A stretch of 64,000 bases of DNA from an uncultured Candidatus Saccharibacteria bacterium (lineage in GTDB: Bacteria; Patescibacteriota; Minisyncoccia; Phycocordibacterales; UBA9973). This document shows, in pieces, positions 35,889 to 45,001 of the stretch. Within the stretch, counting starts at the first letter, position 1. Each line of letters begins with the position of its first letter. The position numbers were made by a program, and so were the translations under genes. The notes beneath the pieces are model-generated. The model was not told the origin of the DNA and made no database searches. It worked only from the letters and a program-made list of their open reading frames with translations. The stretch spans positions 140,368 to 204,367 of the forward strand of contig CAZBZO010000001.1 of NCBI GenBank assembly GCA_964496425.1, read 5' to 3'.

Positions 35889-36350
35889 ATGGATGACGTC
35901 ATCGCATGGGAAGCGGAAGAATATACACATCGACAAAAAAACCCAGACTGGTTTTGGGCACTTGGCATTATTGCTGCCTGCGTCAGTATTGTTTCAGCGA
36001 TCAATGGCAATTTTCTTTTTGCAGTTTTTATTGTCCTCGCCGCCGTCACGATCGGATTTTATGCGATCCGCAAACCTGAAATGGTACGTTTTGAAATAAA
36101 TAAAAAAGGTATTAGAGTACGCAATTTTTTATACACCTACAATTCATTGAAAGGTTTCGCTGTGCACACTCACGATGATGGCTCGCGGCTCCTGATCGAA
36201 ACCAGCCGAGCTGTTCTCCCAATCATTTCCTTCCCCTTGCCTGAAGAATTTGATCCTGAGCGACTGCGTGATATCCTCCTCGTTTACATTCTAGAAAAAG
36301 AACTGAGCGAACACGCCTCCGATCGCATGATCGAGTATTTGGGGTTGTAA
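35889..36350 (+). CDS. Small membrane protein, hypothetical
   Basis: Two TM helices followed by a soluble domain. Confidence 0.45.
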   Translation: MDDVIAWEAEEYTHRQKNPDWFWALGIIAACVSIVSAINGNFLFAVFIVLAAVTIGFYAIRKPEMVRFEINKKGIRVRNFLYTYNSLKGFAVHTHDDGSRLLIETSRAVLPIISFPLPEEFDPERLRDILLVYILEKELSEHASDRMIEYLGL

Positions 36351-36385
36351 ATGACTCGATCAAACTTTTATTGAAAAGATTACTC

Positions 36386-36410
36386 GAGTGAATAGTTTCA
36401 CTCTTTTTTG
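36386..36410 (+). terminator. Rho-independent terminator
   Basis: gagtgaatagtttcactc plus tttttt. Confidence 0.45.
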
Positions 36411-36461
36411 GTTTCAGACAGGTTTACTTCGAGTCTAAAATGCAGTATAGTGCGGTGCACT

Positions 36462-36536
36462 GGCCCCGTCGTTCAATGGATAGGACATGACTTTGCGGAA
36501 GTTAAAATGTAGGTTCGATTCCTACCGGGGTCACCA
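36462..36536 (+). tRNA. tRNA-Arg (anticodon GCG) with encoded CCA
   Basis: Manual fold: acceptor GGCCCCG/CGGGGTC, D-arm GTTC-AATGGATA-GGAC, anticodon loop TTGCGGA (G37), T-arm GTAGG-TTCGATT-CCTAC, then ACCA. Confidence 0.8.
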
Positions 36537-36581
36537 TTTATTTATTCAATAAGACATTCCTGGAGTGGGAAGATAATAAAA

Positions 36582-36616
36582 AAATCGTCCTGGAATACCA
36601 AGACGATTTACGGCAT
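36582..36616 (-). terminator. Terminator after the PLP-enzyme gene
   Basis: aaatcgtcttggtattccaggacgattt plus a T-run on the minus strand. Confidence 0.45.
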
Positions 36617-36622
36617 TACTTA

Positions 36623-37717
36623 CTATAAAACTAATTTCCACTCTTCTTTGGGAATGGAATTATCTACTTCAACAACCGTATCTCTCAAACGGTCTTTGCC
36701 AGTAATCATAACCAGGATATTTTTCTCTCTAAGTCGATCAATCTTCAATCGATCGTGAAGTCCAGCAAGTACGACCGAAGAAGCGTACCCGGCATCAATT
36801 CCCTCAAGCTTGTGTAGCATGTGTTTTGCGTCGAAAATCGCTGCCTCTGTGGCATCAAGTGCAAGTCCTTGGCTTTTACTCAAAATATCTCTCACAAGGT
36901 GATACGTACCGCTTGCATCTCCGCGGCGTATTGGCCAAGCCAACGACTGTTTTGGGCTTTTTATAGAAAATTTTTGATTATAATCAAAAACTCCATTTTG
37001 GTAAGAGACCACGATCGGATTTGCGTATTTAGGTTGAGCAACAATCATACGTGGATACACCTTAAGCCACCGAAGTTGCAATGCATCACGTACTGCCTTA
37101 TCAGCTCCAATAATACCAACGCCTGCCGAGATCGATTGGCAAACAGCATCAATCGGTATGCGCAAAGAACAAAGCTGTGCGAAAGCTTCAAGATATGAAA
37201 TCTTGCTCGCATCGTGACGAAAACTACTAGTAGCCCCACCAAGCTCACGTTCATCTTTAAGAACATGTTTGGTATACCAATTAGCATACCGCACTGATTC
37301 GTCATAGGTTGCTTCCTCGAGGACAGATACCCGCATTCGACTTGGTTTCTCAAAATTGTGATATGCCAGCTGCTTAGATGCGATGAAAAGATGCGCAGTA
37401 AATGGATGCTCGTACTGTTCCATTCCCCATGCGAGCGATGCCGCAGTATTACCCGTAGAAGCATGGGCATATTCAGAAATATTTTCATATTTAAAACGTG
37501 AAAACATAAGCTCGGTGATACGGTCCTTCATGGTCCCGGTCGGAAGCTCCGTCTCAAGTTTTAAAAAACATCGTTTTACCCCTAAGTAATTTGCAAAAGC
37601 CTGACTTGTTTCCACAAGAGAAGTTTCCTGCAAATTAAAATCAAGTATTTCAACATTGGTGAAATACGGAAGGAACCTAGACAACCTCTGCCGTAGTGAA
37701 AAAGTTTGAGTTTCCAT
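36623..37717 (-). CDS. PLP-dependent fold-type II enzyme (threonine synthase/cysteine synthase-like)
   Basis: PLP-lysine motif PTGTMKDR. Confidence 0.65.
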   Translation of the reverse strand: METQTFSLRQRLSRFLPYFTNVEILDFNLQETSLVETSQAFANYLGVKRCFLKLETELPTGTMKDRITELMFSRFKYENISEYAHASTGNTAASLAWGMEQYEHPFTAHLFIASKQLAYHNFEKPSRMRVSVLEEATYDESVRYANWYTKHVLKDERELGGATSSFRHDASKISYLEAFAQLCSLRIPIDAVCQSISAGVGIIGADKAVRDALQLRWLKVYPRMIVAQPKYANPIVVSYQNGVFDYNQKFSIKSPKQSLAWPIRRGDASGTYHLVRDILSKSQGLALDATEAAIFDAKHMLHKLEGIDAGYASSVVLAGLHDRLKIDRLREKNILVMITGKDRLRDTVVEVDNSIPKEEWKLVL

Positions 37718-37837
37718 AGTAATTTATTTTTTTGTGAAAGAACACTTTGATTATGGAGGCGTGGAGACACATTGTTAAATTTTTTATCAAATCAAACATA
37801 TTTGTATCTTTTTGTTATAAATGATAGATTATTGAAT

Positions 37838-38473
37838 ATGATCAAAATACAGGACGTTGTACGAGATATCGTTTATGCCGAAGAAGAAGGTCTCTATGCT
37901 CTCGCACAGGGCTATATGAATCTTTCCGCATATGCGAAAAAAATTCGAAAAGAAGTTGAAGATAGATCAAAAAAGGATGTCCACATTCCAGGAATAGTGG
38001 TGGCACTTTCTCGTGTACAAAAGGAACTAAAAAAAGTACATCCACTTATTCAGGATATAAAAATAAATAATATTACGACCAAGTCCCCTCTTTCCGAGAT
38101 TGTGTTCAATAAAACACCCCTGATACTCTCACAGCTTTCTTCTTTGTATGAAAAACTTAAGACAACGGGAGATGATTTTCTTGCTATAACCCTTTCTACT
38201 TCTGAAGTGACAGTTATTTGTTCAGACAAGATTAAAGACACCATTTTAAAACATTTTAAAGAAAGCCCTCGCATGATTGAACCTGGGCTTGCTTCGCTTG
38301 GGATTTCACTCGATCCAAAATATTATCCAATGCCGAATATTACGTACTCTTTAATTCGAAGGATAGCAAGAAAACGTATCCCCCTCGCTGAAACAATTAC
38401 CACACACACTGAAATTATTTTTATCTTCCCGAAGAAAAGCCTCCCGGAAGTTCTTAGTCTCTTTCATTCTTGA
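37838..38473 (+). CDS. Hypothetical protein
   Basis: ORF with reasonable coding density; start chosen at MIKIQD. Confidence 0.4.
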   Translation: MIKIQDVVRDIVYAEEEGLYALAQGYMNLSAYAKKIRKEVEDRSKKDVHIPGIVVALSRVQKELKKVHPLIQDIKINNITTKSPLSEIVFNKTPLILSQLSSLYEKLKTTGDDFLAITLSTSEVTVICSDKIKDTILKHFKESPRMIEPGLASLGISLDPKYYPMPNITYSLIRRIARKRIPLAETITTHTEIIFIFPKKSLPEVLSLFHS

Positions 38474-38499
38474 TTGTTGGATATAATTTAGATTATTTT

Positions 38500-40209
38500 T
38501 TACTCCATCAGCATCCGCGCAATGCGGATTTCGTCAAAGGTAAAGGCGCTGCCGAGTTTTTCATACACGGGCGTGAGCTTATCAGTACCAGCTGCCTTAA
38601 ATGCCCGGTGGATTTCTGCCAGACCTTTTGAGATTTTGGGAGTCAAAAGCCGTAAAAGCTCGGTGCGATCGATCGCTCCTTGTTTAAAAAGTTTTTCAAT
38701 ATGATCAAATATCGTCCGGCTCTGCACCCCCCGCTCACGAGCGATGAGGGCAACCGTCATGCCTTCTTTCCATAACCCAAGCGTCACATCGTAAGTCGAA
38801 AGTTTTTTGCCAGTACGAGCTCTTTCACTTTTTTTGCTTTTTACGGCTTGCAGTGTGCCACCACAGGCGCGAACAAAGTTGTCATACATTTTTTGTAAAT
38901 CCGTAGCAGGTAATTTTGAAAATGCGAGCCGAGCTTCTTCAGAGCGAGCACGAAAGCTGGCATCTTCTTCCAAGATTGCTGGATGCACAGCCAATGCTTT
39001 CTGATTGATCCCGAGAAGATAGAGTCCGGAAAGTCGCCTAACACGGGAGAGTGCTACGTAGCCCTGGCCGTACTCAAATACCTGCGAGAGATCCATTACC
39101 GCTGCATCCAAGCTCATGCCTTGGCTTTTGTGGACCGTGATCGCCCAGGCCAAGCGTAGCGGGATCTGGCTGATGCTTGCCCGTACTACACCGTTTTCCT
39201 GCACACTCCACTCCATCGACTCAGCGATGACTTTGTGGCCACTTTTAGTGCGAATGATCGGGGCACCGGTATCGGTATCAAAATCCTCCACGGTACCGAG
39301 CGTGCCGTTTGCAAAATGCATAAGTGGATTATTTTTGGTAAACATCACGCTTGCGCCGATCTTAAGCGTTAAAGTTTCTGGAGAAAGACACCCTCGAGCA
39401 AGAGTGGCCACCAGCGCGTCCGGACCACGCGAAGACATTTCATATGTTTTTTGTCGACTGGTGAGCTTGCTGAGCGCATTGGTATTTAAACTATCAACAT
39501 CAGCATTGTGCGAAAAAAGACGAGTAATATCGGGGGGTGCTTGGGTGGGAGCGATCTGGCGCGACAGAATGTGTTCCATATGCACCTCGCCAATCTCACC
39601 CGCGCGCAAGGCTTGGAGCACGGAGAGAAAATGTTTGTCATCTTGGCGATATTGCTCGGTGAGATAGCACACAATCGGCCGAAGTGCTGCCCACTCTGGC
39701 GACTCATAGGCAAATATCGCCACCTGTTCGTCATCAAACATAGTTTGATCTTCGCTTCCATAATTGATTTTCTGAATTGGCGGCAGTTGGAAGAAATCGC
39801 CGACGAGTATCACTTGCATGCCGCCAAACGGCGCATCGTTTTGCCGTATTTCCTTTAGCACTTGATCAATCATCGAAAGCATCGATGGTGCGAGCATAGA
39901 AACTTCATCAATAATAAGAACCTGAGTGCGACTGACTCGCTTTGCTACGTATTCACTGCTCGCAATCTTGTCGAGATCGTATTTTGTAAGTGTCGTCTTA
40001 ATACCAATACCGCTCCAGGAATGAATTGTCATACCGCCGATGTGGGTCGCGGCAATACCAGTAGAGGCGGTAATAGCTGGCTCAATACTATGCTCGCGCA
40101 AATATGCCACATACGCGTTCACGGTATGCGACTTGCCAGCCCCTGGCTCCCCCGTCAGAAATACGTTGGCTCCTGTTTTTAAAATAGTAAGCGCTTGGGC
40201 TTGAGTCAT
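38500..40209 (-). CDS. PIF1/RecD-like ATP-dependent DNA helicase with a C-terminal helix-turn-helix-like domain
   Basis: Walker A GEPGAGKS; QVLIIDEVSM; helicase C-terminal blocks. Confidence 0.75.
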   Translation of the reverse strand: MTQAQALTILKTGANVFLTGEPGAGKSHTVNAYVAYLREHSIEPAITASTGIAATHIGGMTIHSWSGIGIKTTLTKYDLDKIASSEYVAKRVSRTQVLIIDEVSMLAPSMLSMIDQVLKEIRQNDAPFGGMQVILVGDFFQLPPIQKINYGSEDQTMFDDEQVAIFAYESPEWAALRPIVCYLTEQYRQDDKHFLSVLQALRAGEIGEVHMEHILSRQIAPTQAPPDITRLFSHNADVDSLNTNALSKLTSRQKTYEMSSRGPDALVATLARGCLSPETLTLKIGASVMFTKNNPLMHFANGTLGTVEDFDTDTGAPIIRTKSGHKVIAESMEWSVQENGVVRASISQIPLRLAWAITVHKSQGMSLDAAVMDLSQVFEYGQGYVALSRVRRLSGLYLLGINQKALAVHPAILEEDASFRARSEEARLAFSKLPATDLQKMYDNFVRACGGTLQAVKSKKSERARTGKKLSTYDVTLGLWKEGMTVALIARERGVQSRTIFDHIEKLFKQGAIDRTELLRLLTPKISKGLAEIHRAFKAAGTDKLTPVYEKLGSAFTFDEIRIARMLME

Positions 40210-40228
40210 ATAAAAGTTAAGAGTTGTT

Positions 40229-40393
40229 AATTACGAATTACGAGTTGACTACAGGATAAAATTTTCGAAATGAGGACTCGGAGTAATTTCACTGAAGGGA
40301 TAATTATTACTGACTAGCCGAACCGCAATGAGAAAATTTTATCCTGCATCTAATACACAAAAAAGCGCAGCTCCCAATTCGTAATTTGTAATT
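40229..40393. repeat. Small element with 19-nt terminal inverted repeats AATTACGAATTACGAGTTG / CAATTCGTAATTTGTAATT enclosing a 15-bp-stem palindrome
   Basis: Terminal inverted repeats at 40229-40247 and 40375-40393; inner caggataaaattttc…gaaaattttatcctg. Related AATTACGAG repeats at 50413-50446. Confidence 0.4.
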
Positions 40394-40394
40394 T

Positions 40395-40667
40395 CTAACT
40401 TTTAACTGAATCTGTTGCCCAGGCTTTGAGTTCTTCGTAGTCGGCTTCGCCGCAGATGAATTTTTTGTTTTCAGTATTGTAAAAAAATGGCACACCTCCA
40501 CAAAGCTCACCGTTGTCGATCGCTTCGAGTTTTTTCATATTTTCTTCGTTGTGCCAGACTTCTAGTTTTTCAATAGCAATACCCGCTTCCGCTTCGAGGC
40601 GGTCAGTGAGTTTGTGCATTTCGATGCAATGTGGGCACTCAGTGCCGTAAAAATTAAGTAGTGCCAT
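40395..40667 (-). CDS. Glutaredoxin-like/thioredoxin-fold protein (CPHC active site)
   Basis: FYGTECPHC motif; 90 aa. Confidence 0.7.
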   Translation of the reverse strand: MALLNFYGTECPHCIEMHKLTDRLEAEAGIAIEKLEVWHNEENMKKLEAIDNGELCGGVPFFYNTENKKFICGEADYEELKAWATDSVKS

Positions 40668-40692
40668 AGAGCAAGTAGTAAATAGTTAGTAG

Positions 40693-40851
40693 TAAAGGAT
40701 TAATGATGTATTTCTAATTCTACTCCTTCGTTATGATTATGATCATCAATCACAGAAGCAGCAATACTCTGGTGACCAATCGTATGCATAAAAAGCGCTC
40801 CGAAAACAGCGCCGACCGCAAGGAGGAGTACTGTTTGTTTCCAAGAAATAT
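40693..40851 (-). CDS. Possible small membrane protein (52 aa) with a His-rich tail
   Basis: Unannotated short ORF MQDISWKQTVLLLAVGAVFGALFMHTIGHQ…HNHNEGVELEIHH between rpsT and the grx-like gene. Confidence 0.25.
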
Positions 40852-41028
40852 CCTGCATGTGCACAAGTATACCGCGTCTTCAAAAAGTAGCCAAGACAAA
40901 CTACCTGCCTAGAGGGCAAGCCGGGCTACAAACATTACAAACATGGTTATAAGTATAAGAGTAATCATACCCTTATACTGACGCACCAATAGCCATAATA
41001 TGACAAAATTGTGCAATCAACAGCAGCG

Positions 41029-41117
41029 ACAAAGTCCGCCGATTTTGCCGTCTTTCGCAAGTCGACGGACTGAGAAGGAGCAAATTTCGAGTACGAAATT
41101 ATGCGACGGCAAAATCG
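41029..41117. promoter_or_regulatory. Structured region 3' of rpsT: 17-bp long-range inverted repeat (ccgccgattttgccgtc / gacggcaaaatcggcgg) with an alternative competing helix
   Basis: Mutually exclusive pairings (agtccgccg / cggcggact-like) resemble an attenuator or leader architecture. Confidence 0.3.
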
Positions 41118-41133
41118 GCGGGCGGAGGAGCCT

Positions 41134-41388
41134 TTATTTTACGATACGGGCCAAACGGGCTTTTTTTCGAGAAGCAGTATTTTGCTTCAAAACCTTGGAT
41201 TTTGTACCTTTGTCGATAGCACTTTGAGCAGCACCCAAAAGCTTGAGAGCTTCGTCTTTTTTACCGTCTTTGACGAGGCGCTCGATCTTCTTGATCATTT
41301 CACGATACGCGCGCTTGCGGCTTTCGTTATAAACTTGTTTTTTGACGCTCCCGCGGAGGGCCTTTTTGGCTGATGAGGTGATTGGCAT
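41134..41388 (-). CDS. rpsT: 30S ribosomal protein S20
   Basis: Typical S20 sequence (…SAKKALR…RNKAYRS…-like basic helical protein, 84 aa). Confidence 0.9.
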   Translation of the reverse strand: MPITSSAKKALRGSVKKQVYNESRKRAYREMIKKIERLVKDGKKDEALKLLGAAQSAIDKGTKSKVLKQNTASRKKARLARIVK

Positions 41389-41529
41389 GGCTGATATGTA
41401 TATTAAATATAATGTATAAAGGATTATCTATAAGTACGATAACGTAGGGCATAGTACCACAGAGATTGAAAAACCACAAATTATAGAGCGTACTTGATAC
41501 TTACTACTTTATACATCATACTTACTTCC

Positions 41530-42108
41530 ATGATTGGAAAAATATCCGGGCTTGTTGCCCACCTCACAGACAAATACGCCATCATTGAAGCTTCAGGGGT
41601 AGGATATAAAGTGTCGCTCACAGCAGATACTTTGGCTTCGCTCTCTCTTGGTGAGGTGGGCTCGCTTTGGACCTATCTTGCCGTGCGCGAAGATGCCTTA
41701 GATCTCTACGGCTTCTCGACACTTGAAGAGCATGATTTTTTTACCATGCTGATTTCCGTCTCTGGCATCGGACCAAAAGGTGCGCTCGGTATTCTCGCTG
41801 TCGCGAGCACCGATACGCTCAAACGTGCGATCGGCACTGGCGACACTGCCTACCTCACCAAGGTCTCAGGCATCGGTAAAAAAACAGCCGAGAAAATAGT
41901 GCTAGAACTTCGCGACAAACTCCATGCCCATGCTGAAACCAAAGAATCTCACGGCACGCTTCGCGCGGAGAGCGATGTCGTCCTTGCTCTTCAATCTTTG
42001 GGCTACTCGCAAAACGAAGCTCGCGATGCGCTTAAAGAAGTGCCTGTAACAATCGAGGGCACAAATGCCCGAATCAAAGAGGCACTCAAAATCTTGGGTA
42101 GTAAATAG
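41530..42108 (+). CDS. ruvA: Holliday junction DNA helicase subunit RuvA
   Basis: MIGKISG start, SVSGIGPK and VSGIGKKTAEKI helix-hairpin-helix motifs. Confidence 0.85.
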   Translation: MIGKISGLVAHLTDKYAIIEASGVGYKVSLTADTLASLSLGEVGSLWTYLAVREDALDLYGFSTLEEHDFFTMLISVSGIGPKGALGILAVASTDTLKRAIGTGDTAYLTKVSGIGKKTAEKIVLELRDKLHAHAETKESHGTLRAESDVVLALQSLGYSQNEARDALKEVPVTIEGTNARIKEALKILGSK

Positions 42109-42133
42109 AAAATAGTTAGTAGGAAATTTTATT

Positions 42134-43087
42134 ATGCCCGAACTTCCTGAAGTCCAAACAACAGTCGATGGTCTTAAAAAAACCGTGATTGGTCTTACCT
42201 TTCGCGATGTCTGGACTGATTTGGCTATTGGAGAATTTACTTCCCCTCACCTTTCACAATCACTTAAAGATAAAAAATTCTTTGCGAAGTTTAAAAAAGA
42301 AATTATTGGCAAAAAGATCATCGATGCCAAGCGTCGAGCAAAAAATATCCTCATCTATCTCTCGGGCGGTAAAGTCATTCTCATTCATATGAAAATGACC
42401 GGGCATTTAATGTTTGGCGAGTACAGCAAACATGAAATTACGAATGGTAAATTACGAATTACGAATTGGGCACCAAGCAAGAAAGAGAAAAATCAGGCAC
42501 TGTGGGATCCCTACAATAAATTTCTACACGTAGTATTCACGCTCAGCAACGGCAAGCATCTCGTCCTTTCTGATGCGCGCAAGTTCGCCAAGGTAACATT
42601 GCTTGATGTGAGTGACATGGATACAAGCATTCATCTTGGACATTTTGGGCCTGAGCCGCTAGAAAAGAGTTTCACACTTCCGCAATTCATAGCTCGTCTC
42701 AAGAAAAAACCAAACGGTAAAATAAAAGAAGTCTTGATGGACCAATCTATCATCGCTGGCATTGGTAATATTTATTCAGATGAAATGCTGTGGCTTACAG
42801 GCATTCATCCAGAAGAGCGGGTGAAAAATATTCCTGGTGCGAAACTCCGCGTGCTGTATACAAACATGAAAGCAGTACTCAAAAAAGGTATTGATTTCGG
42901 CGGCGACTCCACAAGCGACTATCGCGACATAGACGGTAAACGCGGAAAGTTTAGCGCGCACCACAATGCCTATCAACGAACAGATAAAAGCTGTGGAAAG
43001 CCAAGATGTAAAGGTGTTATACTAAGGAAGATCGTCGGCGGCCGGAGCGCACATTACTGCTCGGTACATCAACGACTATTAAAATAA
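42134..43087 (+). CDS. mutM: Formamidopyrimidine-DNA glycosylase (Fpg/MutM) with a C-terminal zinc finger; carries an insertion of about 25 aa
   Basis: MPELPEVQTT N-terminus, H2TH region, C-terminal C-x2-C…C-x2-C. Confidence 0.85.
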   Translation: MPELPEVQTTVDGLKKTVIGLTFRDVWTDLAIGEFTSPHLSQSLKDKKFFAKFKKEIIGKKIIDAKRRAKNILIYLSGGKVILIHMKMTGHLMFGEYSKHEITNGKLRITNWAPSKKEKNQALWDPYNKFLHVVFTLSNGKHLVLSDARKFAKVTLLDVSDMDTSIHLGHFGPEPLEKSFTLPQFIARLKKKPNGKIKEVLMDQSIIAGIGNIYSDEMLWLTGIHPEERVKNIPGAKLRVLYTNMKAVLKKGIDFGGDSTSDYRDIDGKRGKFSAHHNAYQRTDKSCGKPRCKGVILRKIVGGRSAHYCSVHQRLLK

Positions 43088-43115
43088 TTTACTACTAATT
43101 TAATTTACTATTTTT

Positions 43116-43331
43116 ATGGCAGCACACGCAGGTGGAGGACATGGTGGTGGAGGCGGACTTGGAAGCGGCTGTATGTTCGCGCTTTCAGTCCTAGGCATTT
43201 TGGCAGTTTTATGGATTATTTGGTATTACTCTGGCGGCCCAGCACATTATGAAGCCACCCATGGTCCTTTCATAAAACCGCCCGCTCCACTTGATAGCGG
43301 AGAGGTCTACGGGCCTGATTCTAAATATTAG
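43116..43331 (+). CDS. Small Gly-rich membrane protein, hypothetical
   Basis: 71-aa ORF with one TM segment. Confidence 0.35.
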   Translation: MAAHAGGGHGGGGGLGSGCMFALSVLGILAVLWIIWYYSGGPAHYEATHGPFIKPPAPLDSGEVYGPDSKY

Positions 43332-43828
43332 AGCCCAAGGAGCCGAAAGAGCGCTATCCCTGCCGCTACCGAAACATTGAGCGACTCTTTTCCAATATTA
43401 TTTTTCTCACGATTACGCAGGAGTTTCCCTTGCATGGGGATTTCTATTATTTCATCACAGTGTTTCAAAATACTTCCCGGAATGCCATGCACTTCTTCAC
43501 CAAGTATGAGCGCACAACTTTTTTTGGGTTTGGCTTTTTTGTAGTCTACTGATTTTTTATCTTGCTCAAGAGCGTAGATCTTTATACCTCCTTTTTTTAA
43601 TTTTGAAATAAGTCTCACGGTTGAATGCACACTCTCCCACGCGACGGTCTTCTCCGCCCCAAGCGCAGTTTTGGCAATATCTTTTCGTGGCCGACCATAC
43701 TGATCAAGCGGCGAAGGCGTGTAGCCAGAGAGATATATTTTAGATACTCCCGCAGCATCTGCTGAGCGAAAAATCGCGCCGACATTGTACGTACTTCTAA
43801 TATTGTGAAGAATAAGAATAGAAATCAT
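43328..43828 (-). CDS. SpoU/TrmH-family RNA 2'-O-methyltransferase (TrmL-like)
   Basis: SPOUT motifs (…NVGAIFRSADAAG…, …LILGEEVHGI…, C-terminal …SLNVSVAAGIALF…). Confidence 0.8.
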   Translation of the reverse strand: MISILILHNIRSTYNVGAIFRSADAAGVSKIYLSGYTPSPLDQYGRPRKDIAKTALGAEKTVAWESVHSTVRLISKLKKGGIKIYALEQDKKSVDYKKAKPKKSCALILGEEVHGIPGSILKHCDEIIEIPMQGKLLRNREKNNIGKESLNVSVAAGIALFRLLGL

Positions 43829-43831
43829 AGA

Positions 43832-44686
43832 TTATGATATGAATGAAAGTACTAACACTGCACTTAAAGTGAGGATGATACCGATCCATTGATATTTTTT
43901 GAGACGTTCATGGTTGAATACAACACCTAACATCACAGCGAGAATAATATACGATTCTGAAATCGTAATGGCGAGAGAAATCGGAATAAGTATGACAGCA
44001 AAGCTGTAGGCAAGCCAGGCGCAATTATCAAAAAGTGCTACTGCCACACTCTCTGCGGGATGTTTTCGTATGTGGTGAAAAAAACTCCACCAGCTTCGTG
44101 AGTAGGTAAAATATAAAATACAGCATACAGCGATCACTGTATGTACAAACCAGATAGTAGCCACAGGTCCCACGCTGCGACTGGCGAGGCCAGTCGTAAA
44201 ATTGACGAACGCCATAACAACGGTAGCCATAAGGGCAAGGATGGCACCATGCTCCCAAAAATGATGCGCTTTTATTTTACCGCTATACGCCACCAAGAGA
44301 ATTCCAAGGAAAACAAGTGCAATGAGGCCGCCTTGATACCACGTCAAATGTTCTCCAAGTAGAGTAATACCGAGAAGCACCGTAAGGGGAAGCTCAAATG
44401 ACAAAATCGGCTCGATCACCGTAAGCTTACCAATCTGGAGCGCCTTAAATTCTAAAAGTGCTACGACGAGCGTGAGAGCTGCAACAAGAAAAAGAAATGG
44501 CCAGAAAAATACCATCAATGGGATTTCTCCAAACACAAACGGTAAAAGCACGATGCTACCAGCGCCAGTGATACAAAAGAGACTCGGCCAGATGCCAAAG
44601 TCACGAGACGTCCGCTGGATAAAAAAATCTCCAAAGCCCCAAGAGACAAGGGCAACGAGAGCGTACATGATACCGAAAGAATTCAT
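43832..44686 (-). CDS. EamA/DMT-family transporter
   Basis: 10-TM duplicated EamA-domain topology. Confidence 0.7.
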   Translation of the reverse strand: MNSFGIMYALVALVSWGFGDFFIQRTSRDFGIWPSLFCITGAGSIVLLPFVFGEIPLMVFFWPFLFLVAALTLVVALLEFKALQIGKLTVIEPILSFELPLTVLLGITLLGEHLTWYQGGLIALVFLGILLVAYSGKIKAHHFWEHGAILALMATVVMAFVNFTTGLASRSVGPVATIWFVHTVIAVCCILYFTYSRSWWSFFHHIRKHPAESVAVALFDNCAWLAYSFAVILIPISLAITISESYIILAVMLGVVFNHERLKKYQWIGIILTLSAVLVLSFIS

Positions 44687-44737
44687 GGCGATATTGTAGC
44701 ACCCAAAACTTTATTGCGCTTCAATTTATACTTATAC

Positions 44738-44881
44738 TGGTCCGCCCGGTAGGAATCTCGACTACCGTCGCGGGTGAGTTTCGCTCGGACTAAAGTCCGA
44801 CAACGAAACTCCTTTCGATTTCTGCACGCGAGTGAAGCAGTTCACTCGTTCGAGGCGCCAAAATCCGCTTCGTGTATTTTG
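44738..44881 (-). repeat. tRNA-Lys-associated small element (family member 3)
   Basis: Shares the tcgact…gagtttcgc…ctcgg blocks and the hairpin gcgagtgAAGCAGTTcactcg. Ends in a duplicate of the tRNA-Lys 3' end including CCA (gattcctaccgggcggaCCA). Confidence 0.5.
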
Positions 44882-44954
44882 TCCGCCCGGTAGGAATCGA
44901 ACCTACGACCCTCTCCTTAAAAGGGAGCTGCTCTACCAACTGAGCTACGGGCGG
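44882..44954 (-). tRNA. tRNA-Lys (anticodon TTT)
   Basis: Manual fold: acceptor CCGCCCG/CGGGCGG, D-arm GCTC-AGTTGGTA-GAGC, anticodon loop CTTTTAA (G27-A43 mismatch), T-arm GTAGG-TTCGATT-CCTAC. Confidence 0.8.
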
Positions 44955-45001
44955 ATGTCTTATACTTACTTTTCAAACACTAATTCTATACTTCGAGTTG
45001 T

